A stretch of DNA of 64,000 nt from Candidatus Thorarchaeota archaeon. GTDB lineage: Archaea; Asgardarchaeota; Thorarchaeia; Thorarchaeales; Thorarchaeaceae. The first letter of the stretch is position 1; each line of letters opens with the position of its first letter. Positions 47,558 to 57,850 of this stretch are shown here, one piece after another. The notes under the pieces were generated by a model. That model was not told the origin of the DNA. It saw nothing but the letters and a program-made list of their open reading frames with translations, and ran no database searches. The translations under genes were made by a program, and so were the position numbers. The DNA is taken from the NCBI GenBank assembly GCA_048882325.1, contig JBHLRS010000006.1, forward strand, positions 62,079 to 126,078, written 5' to 3'.

Positions 47558-49899
47558 TAGGTTCCACCTCCAATAATCTGCTCCTTTAGGAGTGTTGGAT
47601 CAGGTATCCTTCTCTCCTTCCACTTGTTCTCCTTCATCTGAGCCAGAATCTTGTCCTTCAACGTGATCGGAATGTCTGCGTCACGTCGAATGTATTTCCA
47701 GACATCTTCAGGAAAGTATCCGTAGTAGGTTTCATGGATATCGATATAGTGACTCAGTTTGATGGATCGACCTTTACCGGTGTCATTCGGTCTTAGAACA
47801 AGTTTGGCAGTCAACACATTTGCCTCAGCAACAGTTTCTGCAGCATAGAAGAGGTGTTCTGGACCTGGAGCAGTTACAACACGGTCTCCAGTACGAGCGT
47901 CGTATACCGCCCAATCTCTTTCATTGTCAGCATTACCTAGCAACATTCTTCGGTACTTTGAACCATGCGGTCCCACAATCACAGGAACTCCAAGTCTCCA
48001 AAATCCTGCTGCTATCGATGCTGCCTTCTGTGACATGGCCCCCCAGGAGATTCCCACTGCACCCACACGGTTGTGAATGTAGTCTGCAATCTCTGCATAG
48101 TTGCCACGCAGATTCCTTTTGGCAAATATCGCTGCGATCTTTATTGCTGCTCCTGCAATGTGTGAGTTTGCAACACATGAACCAACATTGACTACACCAC
48201 CTGCATCAAACTCACCAGATCTTCGTTGGTAGATAGACTGACCATTCTCATCCTTCACGTGACCTGCTGAAATTGCAGCACATCCTGAGGTAACAATGAT
48301 ATATCGACGCTTGGCGAACTCCTCTGCCATATCGTGTACATCTTTACCTCCACCGGGATAGTTTGCACATCCGACATGAGCAATGACTCCAGGAATCTCA
48401 CCAAACACGATGGGTTGCCCCACGTGTCTGATTTCAGTGTCCTGAATTGCTCCACGTCCTGTCCTGACGATGTGAGTTTCCTCTTTGCAGTCTGCTTCAG
48501 CTGCAGCCACCATCCAGCTATGCAAATCATAATCGTTTGGACATGCTGATTCACATCGTGCGCATCCTATACAATTTTGATAGACTTGGCGAAGCGGCTC
48601 AAAATTACCAACCTGAGCTGCTAAGACAGCCTCCATCACGTTCTGGTCATTTGGACATGCTCGAATGCACTCACTGCATTTCTTGCAATCCTCCGCCAGC
48701 TTTTGCATCTTCTTCTTGGATGGGAAGAACTTCATTTTTCGTCTCTTATCTTTCACTGCAAGAGCTACCTTGGTAGCAACCTCCCCAACTATACTGTGAT
48801 TTGGGATATAGGCACCAGGTATCTTTCCAGAAACTAATTCCTCAACAATCGAATCAGGGTCGTCATCCGATCGGTCTGGTAATCCCATGACTGCCTTGTC
48901 ACTGGTTGATATGACAGGGGATTTGACCTTCTTGGCTTCTGATACAACATCAGTTCGGACACATTGTTCATCTACAACAATAACATCTGCTTTGCCACTT
49001 CTGATGAATCTAAGCTGCCAAGAGATAGGTCCAATGACCTTTGCCTTTGGGTCTCGACGAGTTATATCCCATGCAGTACAGCACATCCCGCCAACCTCAG
49101 CAACCTCGTGGAGCCGCTTCTCAGTGATGTAGTCAGTAATCGATGCTGCTGGTACAATGTTATGTCCAATTGTAAGGATAACTGCCTTGTTTGTATCCAT
49201 CATACCGATTCCTGACTCAACTAGTGGAGCATCCGGATCAGCCTGAGGCATACCGAGTGTTGAAACCTGAGCCAAGTCAGCAATCTCCATGCTCAATTGG
49301 TCTATCATACCAGCATGGAAGACTTTGCTCTCATAGTCCATCCAATTTCCTTCTTGACCAGTTGCAGTGGCTGAGAGTGTATGGGTCATCTGGGTTTCAC
49401 AGTAATCAAGAATAATGCTAGCATCCTCAAGAGTACGAGGTCGCATCCCTGTCACTAAACGTGTAACAGGAGCATGTATCTCAGTACCGGGACCCTGTAC
49501 AAGTTCGGTTCTTGGACCATACTCTTCAATCAGATGATCTATCAGATGTCGTGAGTGTGCCAAGTGTGCTGAACAGCCTATATTGGCTGCTGCTAATACA
49601 ATCCTAGCTTGCTGACCCTTGATGTCCAACCCACATGCTCCTCGTTTATCTCCTGACAGATCGCATTTTCCCATTGTACAAAGACAACAGACCTGACAGT
49701 ATGGCATGTATGAAGGCTGGTATTTCGTCAATATCTTATGATCCCACGAACGCAGAGTGGTCGGTCCCGGCATTGGGGTTGGGCCCATGGGTTCGTCCCA
49801 GTCATCATCGACTATAGTGCCGATGCTGACTTCCAATCCCTTGAATCTGCCAAGTCCAGTGTCTGCTTCGTCCGCTTTGAAGTGAGCTTTCTTCTTCAT
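47557..49899 (-). CDS. cdhA: ACDS alpha subunit (CO dehydrogenase)
   Basis: MGPTPMP, CCLCTMGKC, GHN, GMCCT, DEQC, two extra CxxCxxC..CP motifs, GSCVANSH, SQKA; start moved from 49941. Confidence 0.95.
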   Translation of the reverse strand: MKKKAHFKADEADTGLGRFKGLEVSIGTIVDDDWDEPMGPTPMPGPTTLRSWDHKILTKYQPSYMPYCQVCCLCTMGKCDLSGDKRGACGLDIKGQQARIVLAAANIGCSAHLAHSRHLIDHLIEEYGPRTELVQGPGTEIHAPVTRLVTGMRPRTLEDASIILDYCETQMTHTLSATATGQEGNWMDYESKVFHAGMIDQLSMEIADLAQVSTLGMPQADPDAPLVESGIGMMDTNKAVILTIGHNIVPAASITDYITEKRLHEVAEVGGMCCTAWDITRRDPKAKVIGPISWQLRFIRSGKADVIVVDEQCVRTDVVSEAKKVKSPVISTSDKAVMGLPDRSDDDPDSIVEELVSGKIPGAYIPNHSIVGEVATKVALAVKDKRRKMKFFPSKKKMQKLAEDCKKCSECIRACPNDQNVMEAVLAAQVGNFEPLRQVYQNCIGCARCESACPNDYDLHSWMVAAAEADCKEETHIVRTGRGAIQDTEIRHVGQPIVFGEIPGVIAHVGCANYPGGGKDVHDMAEEFAKRRYIIVTSGCAAISAGHVKDENGQSIYQRRSGEFDAGGVVNVGSCVANSHIAGAAIKIAAIFAKRNLRGNYAEIADYIHNRVGAVGISWGAMSQKAASIAAGFWRLGVPVIVGPHGSKYRRMLLGNADNERDWAVYDARTGDRVVTAPGPEHLFYAAETVAEANVLTAKLVLRPNDTGKGRSIKLSHYIDIHETYYGYFPEDVWKYIRRDADIPITLKDKILAQMKENKWKERRIPDPTLLKEQIIGGGT

Positions 49900-50076
49900 G
49901 CTACGTTCAGTTCCTGTGCGTGGTGTGAAGCTCCGACACAAAAGTCCATAATAAGGTTACGAAACAAACACCAAACTAGTCGAGAATGATAAATTCAAAA
50001 AGTTAACAACATTATTACAAGGGTTTAGGATAGTAATGCGATTCTCTTCTATATTTTCAATTCGTAAGTAGACCAA

Positions 50077-50874
50077 CTAACTAGTAGTTTCTTCGATTAG
50101 ACGTTGCTTTATCCCGCGGATTGCCAACATCCCTGCTGACTCAGGGTCAAGATCAATTGGCGCAACTCCTTTTCGATCAGCTTGTTTTATCGTTTCATCT
50201 AATGGTACGATACCGAGGAGGGGGAGACCCTCTCCCTCTACCCAATCCTTGATCATTTCTTCATCGTCTGGTGTCGCAACTTTATTGCCAACAGCAAACA
50301 CTCTGCCCACATCAATGTCTTGCGCCAGGGTTTTGATCTTCCCAAGGATGTCAAGTGAACGTCGACCGGGCTCTGCTACTACAAGTAGGGCATCCATACC
50401 CCGAGTTGTTCCTCTTCCAAGATTCTCAATACCAGCATCCATGTCCATTACAAACGCCTCATCTGTCCCAAGGATGAGATGTCTCATGAGTGTCTTGAGA
50501 AGAGTTGCAGATGGACACATACAGCCAGAACCACCAATCTCCACAGTGCCTGCAACAAGAAGGCTCACATTATCGGGGCCTTCTATTGCGAACTTCTCAG
50601 CAAGATCATCAACTCTCGGGTTTAGTTTGAAAAAGCCACTGAGACTTTCTGCTCCCTCGATTTTTAGTCTCTCTTCAACGAGTGCTTCATTTTCAGTAAG
50701 CGGAACAATCTCCTTCGCAACATCAGGTGGTATCCCAAGGGCAGACCATAGAGTATAGCTTGGATCCGCATCAACTGCGAGAATCTTTAGTCCATCTCTG
50801 CCAAGTAATCTTGCCAGTGTTCCAGCTACGGTTGTCTTACCAACCCCACCCTTTCCAGCAACTGCAACTTTCAT
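50077..50874 (-). CDS. cooC: Second CooC-family nickel-insertion ATPase
   Basis: MKVAVAGKGGVGKTT, GSGCMCP, DMDAGIENLGRG. Confidence 0.88.
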   Translation of the reverse strand: MKVAVAGKGGVGKTTVAGTLARLLGRDGLKILAVDADPSYTLWSALGIPPDVAKEIVPLTENEALVEERLKIEGAESLSGFFKLNPRVDDLAEKFAIEGPDNVSLLVAGTVEIGGSGCMCPSATLLKTLMRHLILGTDEAFVMDMDAGIENLGRGTTRGMDALLVVAEPGRRSLDILGKIKTLAQDIDVGRVFAVGNKVATPDDEEMIKDWVEGEGLPLLGIVPLDETIKQADRKGVAPIDLDPESAGMLAIRGIKQRLIEETTS

Positions 50875-50889
50875 GATATTTCCTCCAAC

Positions 50890-52074
50890 CTAAGACTTCT
50901 TCTTTCGAATTTGTTCGTGTAGCTTTAGCAGAACGTCACCAATGGTTTTGTTATCTTTGCTAACTTTCCACTTCAGGAATTCAATCTTATTCATGTCCAC
51001 TCTTGTCATGGTTCCAGACCCGGCAGTAATTGTATCCTGCGTGTGTATTGAAACAGCTGCTTTCTTGTCTGTAAGGCCACCAGGAGGTCCTACATAGACA
51101 ATCTGTGTCTTTGCAAGAGCCTTTGCAGCTGGACCTGGTAAGTGTGCCAAAACATCATCACCTACAACCAGCGTTGTATCAAACTCTTCTGATACAATTC
51201 TCTTGAGCAAGCTCGCACCTGTTGCTGCCTCAATCACTCCCATCGTATTCGATTGTACAAACATGGGAAGTGCATAGGCTTCTTTGCCACTCTTTCGCAG
51301 TGTTTCAATAAGCTTGGAAATCCCATTAAGATTGGCGTCTTGATTCCCTGAGTTGATCACTCCGCCACCATAGAAAATCACCGTGCAGTCCGACTTCTGC
51401 AGACCACGGACAAATCCAACAAGTTCGCTTCCAGGAATACCAAGGACTTTATCCTTGATTACTGACTTTCCTTCGAGTTCTGAGATAACAGTGTCCAACA
51501 ATTCTGCATCAGAGCCAACTGGGATAATGAGTCGATGATTTGCCATCTTCATTGTTTCAGTCTGTCGCACATCAACTACTCCAATGACTCGACTCTCAAT
51601 TCCTTCTGGAATCTTCTCGCCTCTTGGCAGAACAGCGAACCTACTAGGGTGACGGTGCAAACTTTCAGAAGGATCTGAACCCCAGTAAATGATGAATTCG
51701 CCATTGTTCCGAACATACTCTAGGTCACTCTCAAGCCCTTCAGAGTTGATGCTATGTGACATCACTTGCATAGATCCCATTTCCGTGATTGACCCAAAGT
51801 GTCCATCTAATGTCGATGCAAGTTCTAGTCCTTCTTTGATTGCCTCATCAGTAGCATGAGTCCAACCATACAAGAGTGTGTTCTCAGCGTTCACAAGGAT
51901 GTCTGCCGCCTTTTGCAAATCCGCCTCAGAAGCTAATGCCTTGTGTGCGAAGACTGTTTCAAGGTGCGCATGTCCCAGTCTGCATAGTCCCAACGAGCTC
52001 ACGCTCTTTCCTGATACATCCGCTGACACATCATCACAAAGCAAAGAACATCCATTGCAGACGATTCTCTCCAT
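50890..52074 (-). CDS. fwdB: Formylmethanofuran dehydrogenase subunit B-like protein, apparently lacking the Mo/W-ligand Cys
   Basis: CNGCSLLCDD..CRLG, LLYGW, VRNNGEFIIYWGSDP...H.RH.SRF, DVRQTET, GTMTRVD; no SxCHGP motif. Confidence 0.75.
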   Translation of the reverse strand: MERIVCNGCSLLCDDVSADVSGKSVSSLGLCRLGHAHLETVFAHKALASEADLQKAADILVNAENTLLYGWTHATDEAIKEGLELASTLDGHFGSITEMGSMQVMSHSINSEGLESDLEYVRNNGEFIIYWGSDPSESLHRHPSRFAVLPRGEKIPEGIESRVIGVVDVRQTETMKMANHRLIIPVGSDAELLDTVISELEGKSVIKDKVLGIPGSELVGFVRGLQKSDCTVIFYGGGVINSGNQDANLNGISKLIETLRKSGKEAYALPMFVQSNTMGVIEAATGASLLKRIVSEEFDTTLVVGDDVLAHLPGPAAKALAKTQIVYVGPPGGLTDKKAAVSIHTQDTITAGSGTMTRVDMNKIEFLKWKVSKDNKTIGDVLLKLHEQIRKKKS

Positions 52075-52084
52075 TCACAACCAC

Positions 52085-52543
52085 CTACCAAATCTCAATT
52101 GCATTAGTACAACAATATTGTTCACAGACACGGCAATTCAATCTGTCTGGCGGAAATCTCCTACACTTTTCTAGGTTAATGATCTTACTGACACCGTTCT
52201 CCACTCTGAACACTGTATCTTGACTCATTGCGGCTTTGCCCTCGCTAGTTGGTGGCTCTGCAGCAACATCCACCGGGCACACAACAACACAATTGTTGCA
52301 CCCTGTGCATTTGCTCTCATCAAGTTTGATTCCTGTTGCTTCAGCGGAGAGCATAGGAGCTACCATCTCTTTGAGTTTCTCTAAGTTTTTCTCGAATCCT
52401 GCCTCAAGAAGCGGTGGACACTCATCAGGCGAAACATCACCCAATGCAAGTTTAGTTGCGAAGGCCATGCATGTTTTTGGTTCACAAAGCCGACAATTAG
52501 TCTTTGGCAGTAGGTTGTAGAGTTCCATTGGATTCAATTTCAA
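52085..52543 (-). CDS. fwdG: FwdG-like ferredoxin with N-terminal Fe-S domain
   Basis: LPKTNCRLC..TCMAFA...CPPL; CTGCNNCVVVCP; C..CRVCEQYC; directly upstream of the fwdB-like gene. Confidence 0.7.
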   Translation of the reverse strand: MKLNPMELYNLLPKTNCRLCEPKTCMAFATKLALGDVSPDECPPLLEAGFEKNLEKLKEMVAPMLSAEATGIKLDESKCTGCNNCVVVCPVDVAAEPPTSEGKAAMSQDTVFRVENGVSKIINLEKCRRFPPDRLNCRVCEQYCCTNAIEIW

Positions 52544-52614
52544 GTCTTTTAATCTCCAAAATTGTGAATGTTGCTAGCTTGCTCCTGTCTTCAAGCATCA
52601 TTTTTCGCAAAAAG

Positions 52615-52669
52615 AATGATACGGTATGGTCTAAGTAATTGGATACAGATATAATGATACCATATGGTC
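52615..52669. promoter_or_regulatory. 17-bp direct repeat in the fwdG/hdrA divergent promoter region
   Basis: aatgatacGGtatggtc (52615-52631) and aatgatacCAtatggtc (52653-52669). Confidence 0.45.
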
Positions 52670-52767
52670 AAACTTATACCGCCAATTAAGAAGCTCAACA
52701 GGTTGACCAACCAAAGTAACACAAACAAAGAGATAGAAATCGTCCTTGTGACATTTGACCTTCATCG

Positions 52768-55212
52768 GTGGAAACATTGAGTAAAAAAACGAAGAGCAAG
52801 CAACAGAAAAAGCAAGACGCTGACAAACTAGCTGTCTTTCTATGTCGCTGTGGTTCGAACATTTCTGATACTATTGATATTGATTCTCTTCGAGACAGGT
52901 ACGAATCTCAGGGCATTCCACTAGTCGATGTGGATGATCATCTCTGTTCTGAACAAGGCGTTCATGATTTAATTGAGAAAGTCAAGAAGAGCAAAGCAAA
53001 GCGTGTCGTGATTGCTGGATGTTCACCTCTTCTTCACAGGGAACTCTTTTCAGATGCTGTAAAGGACGCCGGAATCGATCCTGGTCATTTACATATGGCT
53101 AACATTCGCGAGCAATGCAGTTGGGTTCACTATGATGATCCTGAAATTGCTACAAAGAAAGCTGCTGCAATCATTGACACTGGAATTGCGAAGGTTCGTG
53201 ACTCACACCCCATCCCCACCCAAGGTCTCCCTATTATCAAAAAGGCCATGGTTGTTGGTGGCGGCGTCGCGGGAATAACTAGCGCCCTCGAGCTAGCTAA
53301 TGCAGGCATTGAAACCATCCTTATTGAGCGAGAGGGATTCTTAGGGGGACATATGGCAAAGTGGGATAAGCTATTCCCGACATTCGATTGTAGCATCTGC
53401 ATTCTAGGGCCAATGATGGCACGACTTGCCCGTCATGAGAACATCACGATAAAGACGCTTGCTGAAGTTACTGATGTCAAGGGTAATGTGGGTCATTATC
53501 GAGTCACAGTGAAACAGAGACCCCGCTATGTTGACATCGAGTCCTGTACAGGATGTAATAGATGTCTTGAAGTCTGCCCTGTCGATGTGGTGGATGAGTA
53601 TAATCACGGACTTGGAAAACGAAAGGCTATGGTCAGACCATCAATCGATGCAGTACCAATTGCTCCATATATTGATTCAGAGAATTGCATCGGCTGCCAG
53701 GCATGTGCTGGTGTATGCGAACCGAATTCGTTGAGATATGAGGATGTAGAAATAACCGAGGTAATTGAGGTTGGAGCAGTTATTCTTGCCACAGGATTTC
53801 AACCCTTTGATCCTTCAATCGTGGAGGAGTTTGGTTATGGTCTGATTCCTGATGTAATTACTTCACTGGAGTTGGAACGACTTGTGAATCCTGAAGGTCC
53901 AAGTGGCGGAAAGCTAGTCCGACCTTCGAATGGGAAACCCCCGAGGAACATTGTTTTCGTACCCTGTGTCGGAAGCCGGTCACATCGATTCAATCGACCT
54001 TATTGTAGTAGAGTATGTTGTACTGCTGCAGTAAAAGAAGTCATGCAAGTCAAACAGCAGTTACCTGACTGTGAAGCCTACGTATTCTACACAGACATGC
54101 GTGTTTTCGGGAAAGGTCAAGAGGAGCTTTATGTACGAGCCGCTAATGAGTACAAGATCAATTTCATCAGAGGGAATATCGGAGAAGTTGTTCACGACCC
54201 TGTTTCTGACACGATATCAGTGAGAGCGGAGGATACCCTTACTAGAAGCATACTTTCGTTTGATGTTGATATGGTTGTGCTCATGATTGGGATGGATGCA
54301 GAACCAAGCAACGTGACGCTATCCAGACTTTTCAAAACACCCCTAGACGAGAATGGATACTTCCTGGAACAGCATCCCAAGCTTGGCCCAGCTAGCACTG
54401 CTTCGAAGGGTGTTTATCTTGCTGGAGTATCTCAGGGACCAAAAGACATTGCAGACTCGGTTGCTCATGCTGGTCTAGCAGCATCCAAGGTGAAGACACT
54501 CCTCAATTCTGGTGACATAATCACAGAAGCCTGCATTCCATCATTCGATGAGGAACTCTGTATCAGTTGCAGACTCTGTGAACAGATTTGTACCCCTAAG
54601 GCAATCAAGTTTAATGATGATAATTATCCCGATGTTGACCTAGCAGCCTGTCGAGGCTGTGGCGCTTGTGCAGCTGCGTGTCCATCTGGGGCATTAGACT
54701 TGCCTTGTTTGTCGAATGAGCAACTTGAGAGTGCCACAAAAGCCGCTGTAGAGTTCAACCCCATGAAGCCTGCTATTGTTGGCTACCTCTGTCGATGGTG
54801 TGCTTATGGTGCCGCTGATAGAGCTGGGACCGCAAGAATGAGGTACCCCCCCAACGTCATTCCAATTCAGGTTCCATGTACTGGCAGATTGAATGTTGAC
54901 ACTTTACTCACAGCTTTTGCTGAGGGTGCTGATGGTGTTGCAGTCATGGGATGTCATGTTCAGGACTGTCACTATAGATCTGGGGCTCGATACGCAAAGG
55001 ACAGAACTGATAACATGCGAGATATCCTTGAGGCGGCTGGGATTGATGGTCGGAGATTGTATTTTGGAAGTGCGTCTGCCTCCGAAGCAGACAGTTTTGC
55101 TGAACAGATAACACGTTTTGTGAACGATATTGTCAAACTTGGTCCACTTGGGAAAGAAACCCCCCGAAACTTGATTGGGAAACAGGATGCTGAGGGAGTA
55201 CCAGGGAGGTGA
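52768..55212 (+). CDS. hdrA: Heterodisulfide reductase subunit A fused to MvhD
   Basis: VFLCRCG.NI, AGCSP, NIREQCSWVH, GGGVAG, KLFPTFDCSIC, CSRVCC, GPKDI.DSV; C-terminal MvhD YLCRWCAYGAAD..VPCTGR..GCH..DCHY. Confidence 0.93.
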   Translation: METLSKKTKSKQQKKQDADKLAVFLCRCGSNISDTIDIDSLRDRYESQGIPLVDVDDHLCSEQGVHDLIEKVKKSKAKRVVIAGCSPLLHRELFSDAVKDAGIDPGHLHMANIREQCSWVHYDDPEIATKKAAAIIDTGIAKVRDSHPIPTQGLPIIKKAMVVGGGVAGITSALELANAGIETILIEREGFLGGHMAKWDKLFPTFDCSICILGPMMARLARHENITIKTLAEVTDVKGNVGHYRVTVKQRPRYVDIESCTGCNRCLEVCPVDVVDEYNHGLGKRKAMVRPSIDAVPIAPYIDSENCIGCQACAGVCEPNSLRYEDVEITEVIEVGAVILATGFQPFDPSIVEEFGYGLIPDVITSLELERLVNPEGPSGGKLVRPSNGKPPRNIVFVPCVGSRSHRFNRPYCSRVCCTAAVKEVMQVKQQLPDCEAYVFYTDMRVFGKGQEELYVRAANEYKINFIRGNIGEVVHDPVSDTISVRAEDTLTRSILSFDVDMVVLMIGMDAEPSNVTLSRLFKTPLDENGYFLEQHPKLGPASTASKGVYLAGVSQGPKDIADSVAHAGLAASKVKTLLNSGDIITEACIPSFDEELCISCRLCEQICTPKAIKFNDDNYPDVDLAACRGCGACAAACPSGALDLPCLSNEQLESATKAAVEFNPMKPAIVGYLCRWCAYGAADRAGTARMRYPPNVIPIQVPCTGRLNVDTLLTAFAEGADGVAVMGCHVQDCHYRSGARYAKDRTDNMRDILEAAGIDGRRLYFGSASASEADSFAEQITRFVNDIVKLGPLGKETPRNLIGKQDAEGVPGR

Positions 55213-55216
55213 GAAT

Positions 55217-56569
55217 GTGGAGAAGTCTGGGGTGAAGATTGGCGAGAAACCAGTCGTTTCTATGGATGTTGTAGATGGCAAAATCCGCCTGAACTGGAAG
55301 ACATCACATCTCTCAAGAACTCTTGACCACAAGATTTCCAAATGTGTTGGATGCAGTCTATGTCTCCCCTGTCCCTGGGAAGCCATCACTCTTGGTCCTG
55401 TGCAGGAAGCTGCGTCTGGACGTATAGAAGGGGCGCCTTTGGTCAATGTCGACCCTGATCTCTGCACGTTCTGCGGTCTTTGCGATTCGTCCTGTATCTT
55501 TGGTGCCTTCGATGCAAAGTATGAGGGTGAAGGAGCTGTCAACGAGTTCGTCCGAATATCTGGAACTCATGAGATTGATGAAGAAAAATGTGCACCATGC
55601 TTGTTGTGTTCAAAAGTCTGTCCGACTGACTCACTTGAAGTAGAGGTTAAGGTTGACCACAAAAAAGATCTTGTCACCTACAAAGGAGAAGAATACGCTG
55701 AGGGCACAATAAAAGTGGATGAGGACAAGTGTTCATATTGTGGTTTATGTGAACTTCTCTGTCCTGAAGCCATCAAGATCTTCTGGTCTGAAGATGTAAA
55801 ACCACCTGACTTCAAACCAGCAGTCGGAATTCGGGTTGATGAGGAATACTGTGATTACTGCGGCCTTTGTCAAGACATTTGTCCCGATGACGCCATAGAG
55901 GTAAAATGCCGCAAATCGAGTATTCGTGAGATTAAACAACCAAACATTACTGGTAAGCTCTCACACAACGATGAAACCTGTGTCAAGTGTGGGTTGTGTG
56001 CAACTGTCTGTCCATATGAGGCTTTGAAGGTTGAAAAACCATTCACTGGAGAAGTCAAAACGCCAAAGCTTGAGAAATGTGATCCCACAGGATGTAACAA
56101 CTGCTTCAACATCTGTCCGGTTGACGCTATCTATCCAACTGGAACTGCTGACAAGATAGACATTCTTGATCATTGTGTGTATTGCGGGGCCTGTGAACAC
56201 TCCTGTCCCTACGATGTTCTCGATGTGCAGAGAGAAGGATACCTACTTGACGAACTTGAAAGAGAAAGAGAGTGGGAGCGAGCCCGTAAACTTTTCTTTG
56301 ATGCTGTGATTGGAAAAGAGCCGCCTCCAAGCAAGCTGTTTGAAAGGGAGATTACAATCGAGCCGGTCCAAAGACATCAGGCTAAAACATCCACTCGGAA
56401 AGAATGGGACTCTGAGGATGGAGAACGCCAAAGTGCCATGATGTCCGCGCAGCGAGTCAAAGATCTTCTCAAGAAGAATCCACAATTACATCTTCAGTTC
56501 GAACGTGGGAACACAAAGAAGGTTGTTGAGAAAATCAAGAATCCTCAAGAAGTTTCTCAAGAGAAGTGA
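55217..56569 (+). CDS. fwdF: FwdF-like polyferredoxin
   Basis: CVGCSLC..CPWEAI.LGP and about 8 CxxCxxCxxxC(P) motifs; ggaggtga RBS before GTG 55217. Confidence 0.8.
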   Translation: MEKSGVKIGEKPVVSMDVVDGKIRLNWKTSHLSRTLDHKISKCVGCSLCLPCPWEAITLGPVQEAASGRIEGAPLVNVDPDLCTFCGLCDSSCIFGAFDAKYEGEGAVNEFVRISGTHEIDEEKCAPCLLCSKVCPTDSLEVEVKVDHKKDLVTYKGEEYAEGTIKVDEDKCSYCGLCELLCPEAIKIFWSEDVKPPDFKPAVGIRVDEEYCDYCGLCQDICPDDAIEVKCRKSSIREIKQPNITGKLSHNDETCVKCGLCATVCPYEALKVEKPFTGEVKTPKLEKCDPTGCNNCFNICPVDAIYPTGTADKIDILDHCVYCGACEHSCPYDVLDVQREGYLLDELEREREWERARKLFFDAVIGKEPPPSKLFEREITIEPVQRHQAKTSTRKEWDSEDGERQSAMMSAQRVKDLLKKNPQLHLQFERGNTKKVVEKIKNPQEVSQEK

Positions 56570-56933
56570 CTTTGTCATCGGTCCGTGTGACTGTGATGGA
56601 AACTCCATGGAATTGAGGCGGTGAATCATCTTCTGGAATTGAAACCAGAGCTAGTGCCCATGGACCGTACGGAACAACAGCTGAGCCTTCTGGGACCTTA
56701 TCATCACCATAAGCGACCAGTACGATGCTTCCAGCTTTTGATTTGACATTAACATGACCTCCATCTTTGAGACTCAATCTTTGCAGGTCACCAATGCTCA
56801 ATCGCACCCTGGCCGCAGTATCAAGATACTCCTTTGCAAGGATGTCCTTTGCAGCCTCTACATCCGCCTCGAAAGAGCGAGCAACGACCAGTTTGAGGTC
56901 AGCATGTGGAAACAGGAAATCACCCAGCGCCAT
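56535..56933 (-). CDS. fwdD: FwdD-like molybdopterin-dinucleotide-binding domain protein (divergent)
   Basis: EY...AA, DLQRL....G..V.VKS..G, VPYGPWA, P.F.G. Confidence 0.7.
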   Translation of the reverse strand: MALGDFLFPHADLKLVVARSFEADVEAAKDILAKEYLDTAARVRLSIGDLQRLSLKDGGHVNVKSKAGSIVLVAYGDDKVPEGSAVVPYGPWALALVSIPEDDSPPQFHGVSITVTRTDDKVTSLEKLLEDS

Positions 56934-57031
56934 ATTATGCCATCCAATCTCACGGGTGATTCATCTCTCATATTATGTTTCTGCTATCACCGTTTTCATA
57001 ACAGAGCCGCAATCAGCACCCTTTTTTAACA

Positions 57032-57850
57032 TTGGAGAGTTGGGTTGATAATTCATGGGTGGTATCTTTGCGAATCGGGACTATTTATGGCGACGTGTTC
57101 GCGGAACGAGTGATTGGGAATCTTATCAACTTCAAGTCCTTCTGTGAAGGATGTGAGCCTGTCTGTGCTGAATGTAGAAGTGGTTATGGTTCCTATGTCG
57201 GTGACATCGTGGGGATTCATCCAACTGAACCACCATCTCCCACAATGATCGAAGATCCTGAGGAATTCATTAAAAAGCTGGATCTGACCCCTTGTGACCT
57301 TCTTTTGATAGTCGCTATTCATCACGATATACTTGCAGCAGTAGACTTGCTTGTTGAAGCCACAGGCGCAAAGGCAGTACTTGTTCCTATAGAGGATCCC
57401 ACTTGGGTTCCCCCTGGTCTGAGGGCTCAGGTGAAAGAAACCTTGGACGACCTAGGAATCGAGTCGGCATTTCCTAAACCTTTCTGCACATTGGAACCTG
57501 GAGCGGGACCGTTAATTGACGAATTCATAGAAACCTACAGGGTTGGGTATCCCATCCATTATGTTGATGTCAAAGATGATGCAATTGCAGAGATTGGACC
57601 TGTGAGATCAGCTCCTTGTGGATGTACCTGGTATGTTAGTCAGAAAGTTCGTGGGAAATCAATATTAGATACTGACACGCTTTTTGATGAGATTGCAAAG
57701 GCGCATCATTCGTACCCTTGTACAGCATCAATGGCAAAAGACCGAGAGTACGGAGATGCCTTACTCCACATTGCTGGATACAATGCAAGGCAAGCTGTTT
57801 GTGATGCAGTGGGGATAACTGACTGCAAATTCTCCCATGAAAAGAGTTGA
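57032..57850 (+). CDS. DUF166 family protein
   Basis: IEDPEEF, PKPFCTL, RSAPCGCT, HHSYPCTASM, LHIAG. Confidence 0.75.
   Translation: MESWVDNSWVVSLRIGTIYGDVFAERVIGNLINFKSFCEGCEPVCAECRSGYGSYVGDIVGIHPTEPPSPTMIEDPEEFIKKLDLTPCDLLLIVAIHHDILAAVDLLVEATGAKAVLVPIEDPTWVPPGLRAQVKETLDDLGIESAFPKPFCTLEPGAGPLIDEFIETYRVGYPIHYVDVKDDAIAEIGPVRSAPCGCTWYVSQKVRGKSILDTDTLFDEIAKAHHSYPCTASMAKDREYGDALLHIAGYNARQAVCDAVGITDCKFSHEKS

Noticed and set aside
52716-52722. Second NikR site (GTAACAC) upstream of hdrA
   Set aside because: Single half-site with no partner at +/-20 bp; compatible with chance.
50890-55212. Selenoprotein forms of FwdB, HdrA or MvhD
   Set aside because: The ORFs are continuous with no in-frame TGA; HdrA and MvhD have Cys at the relevant motifs.
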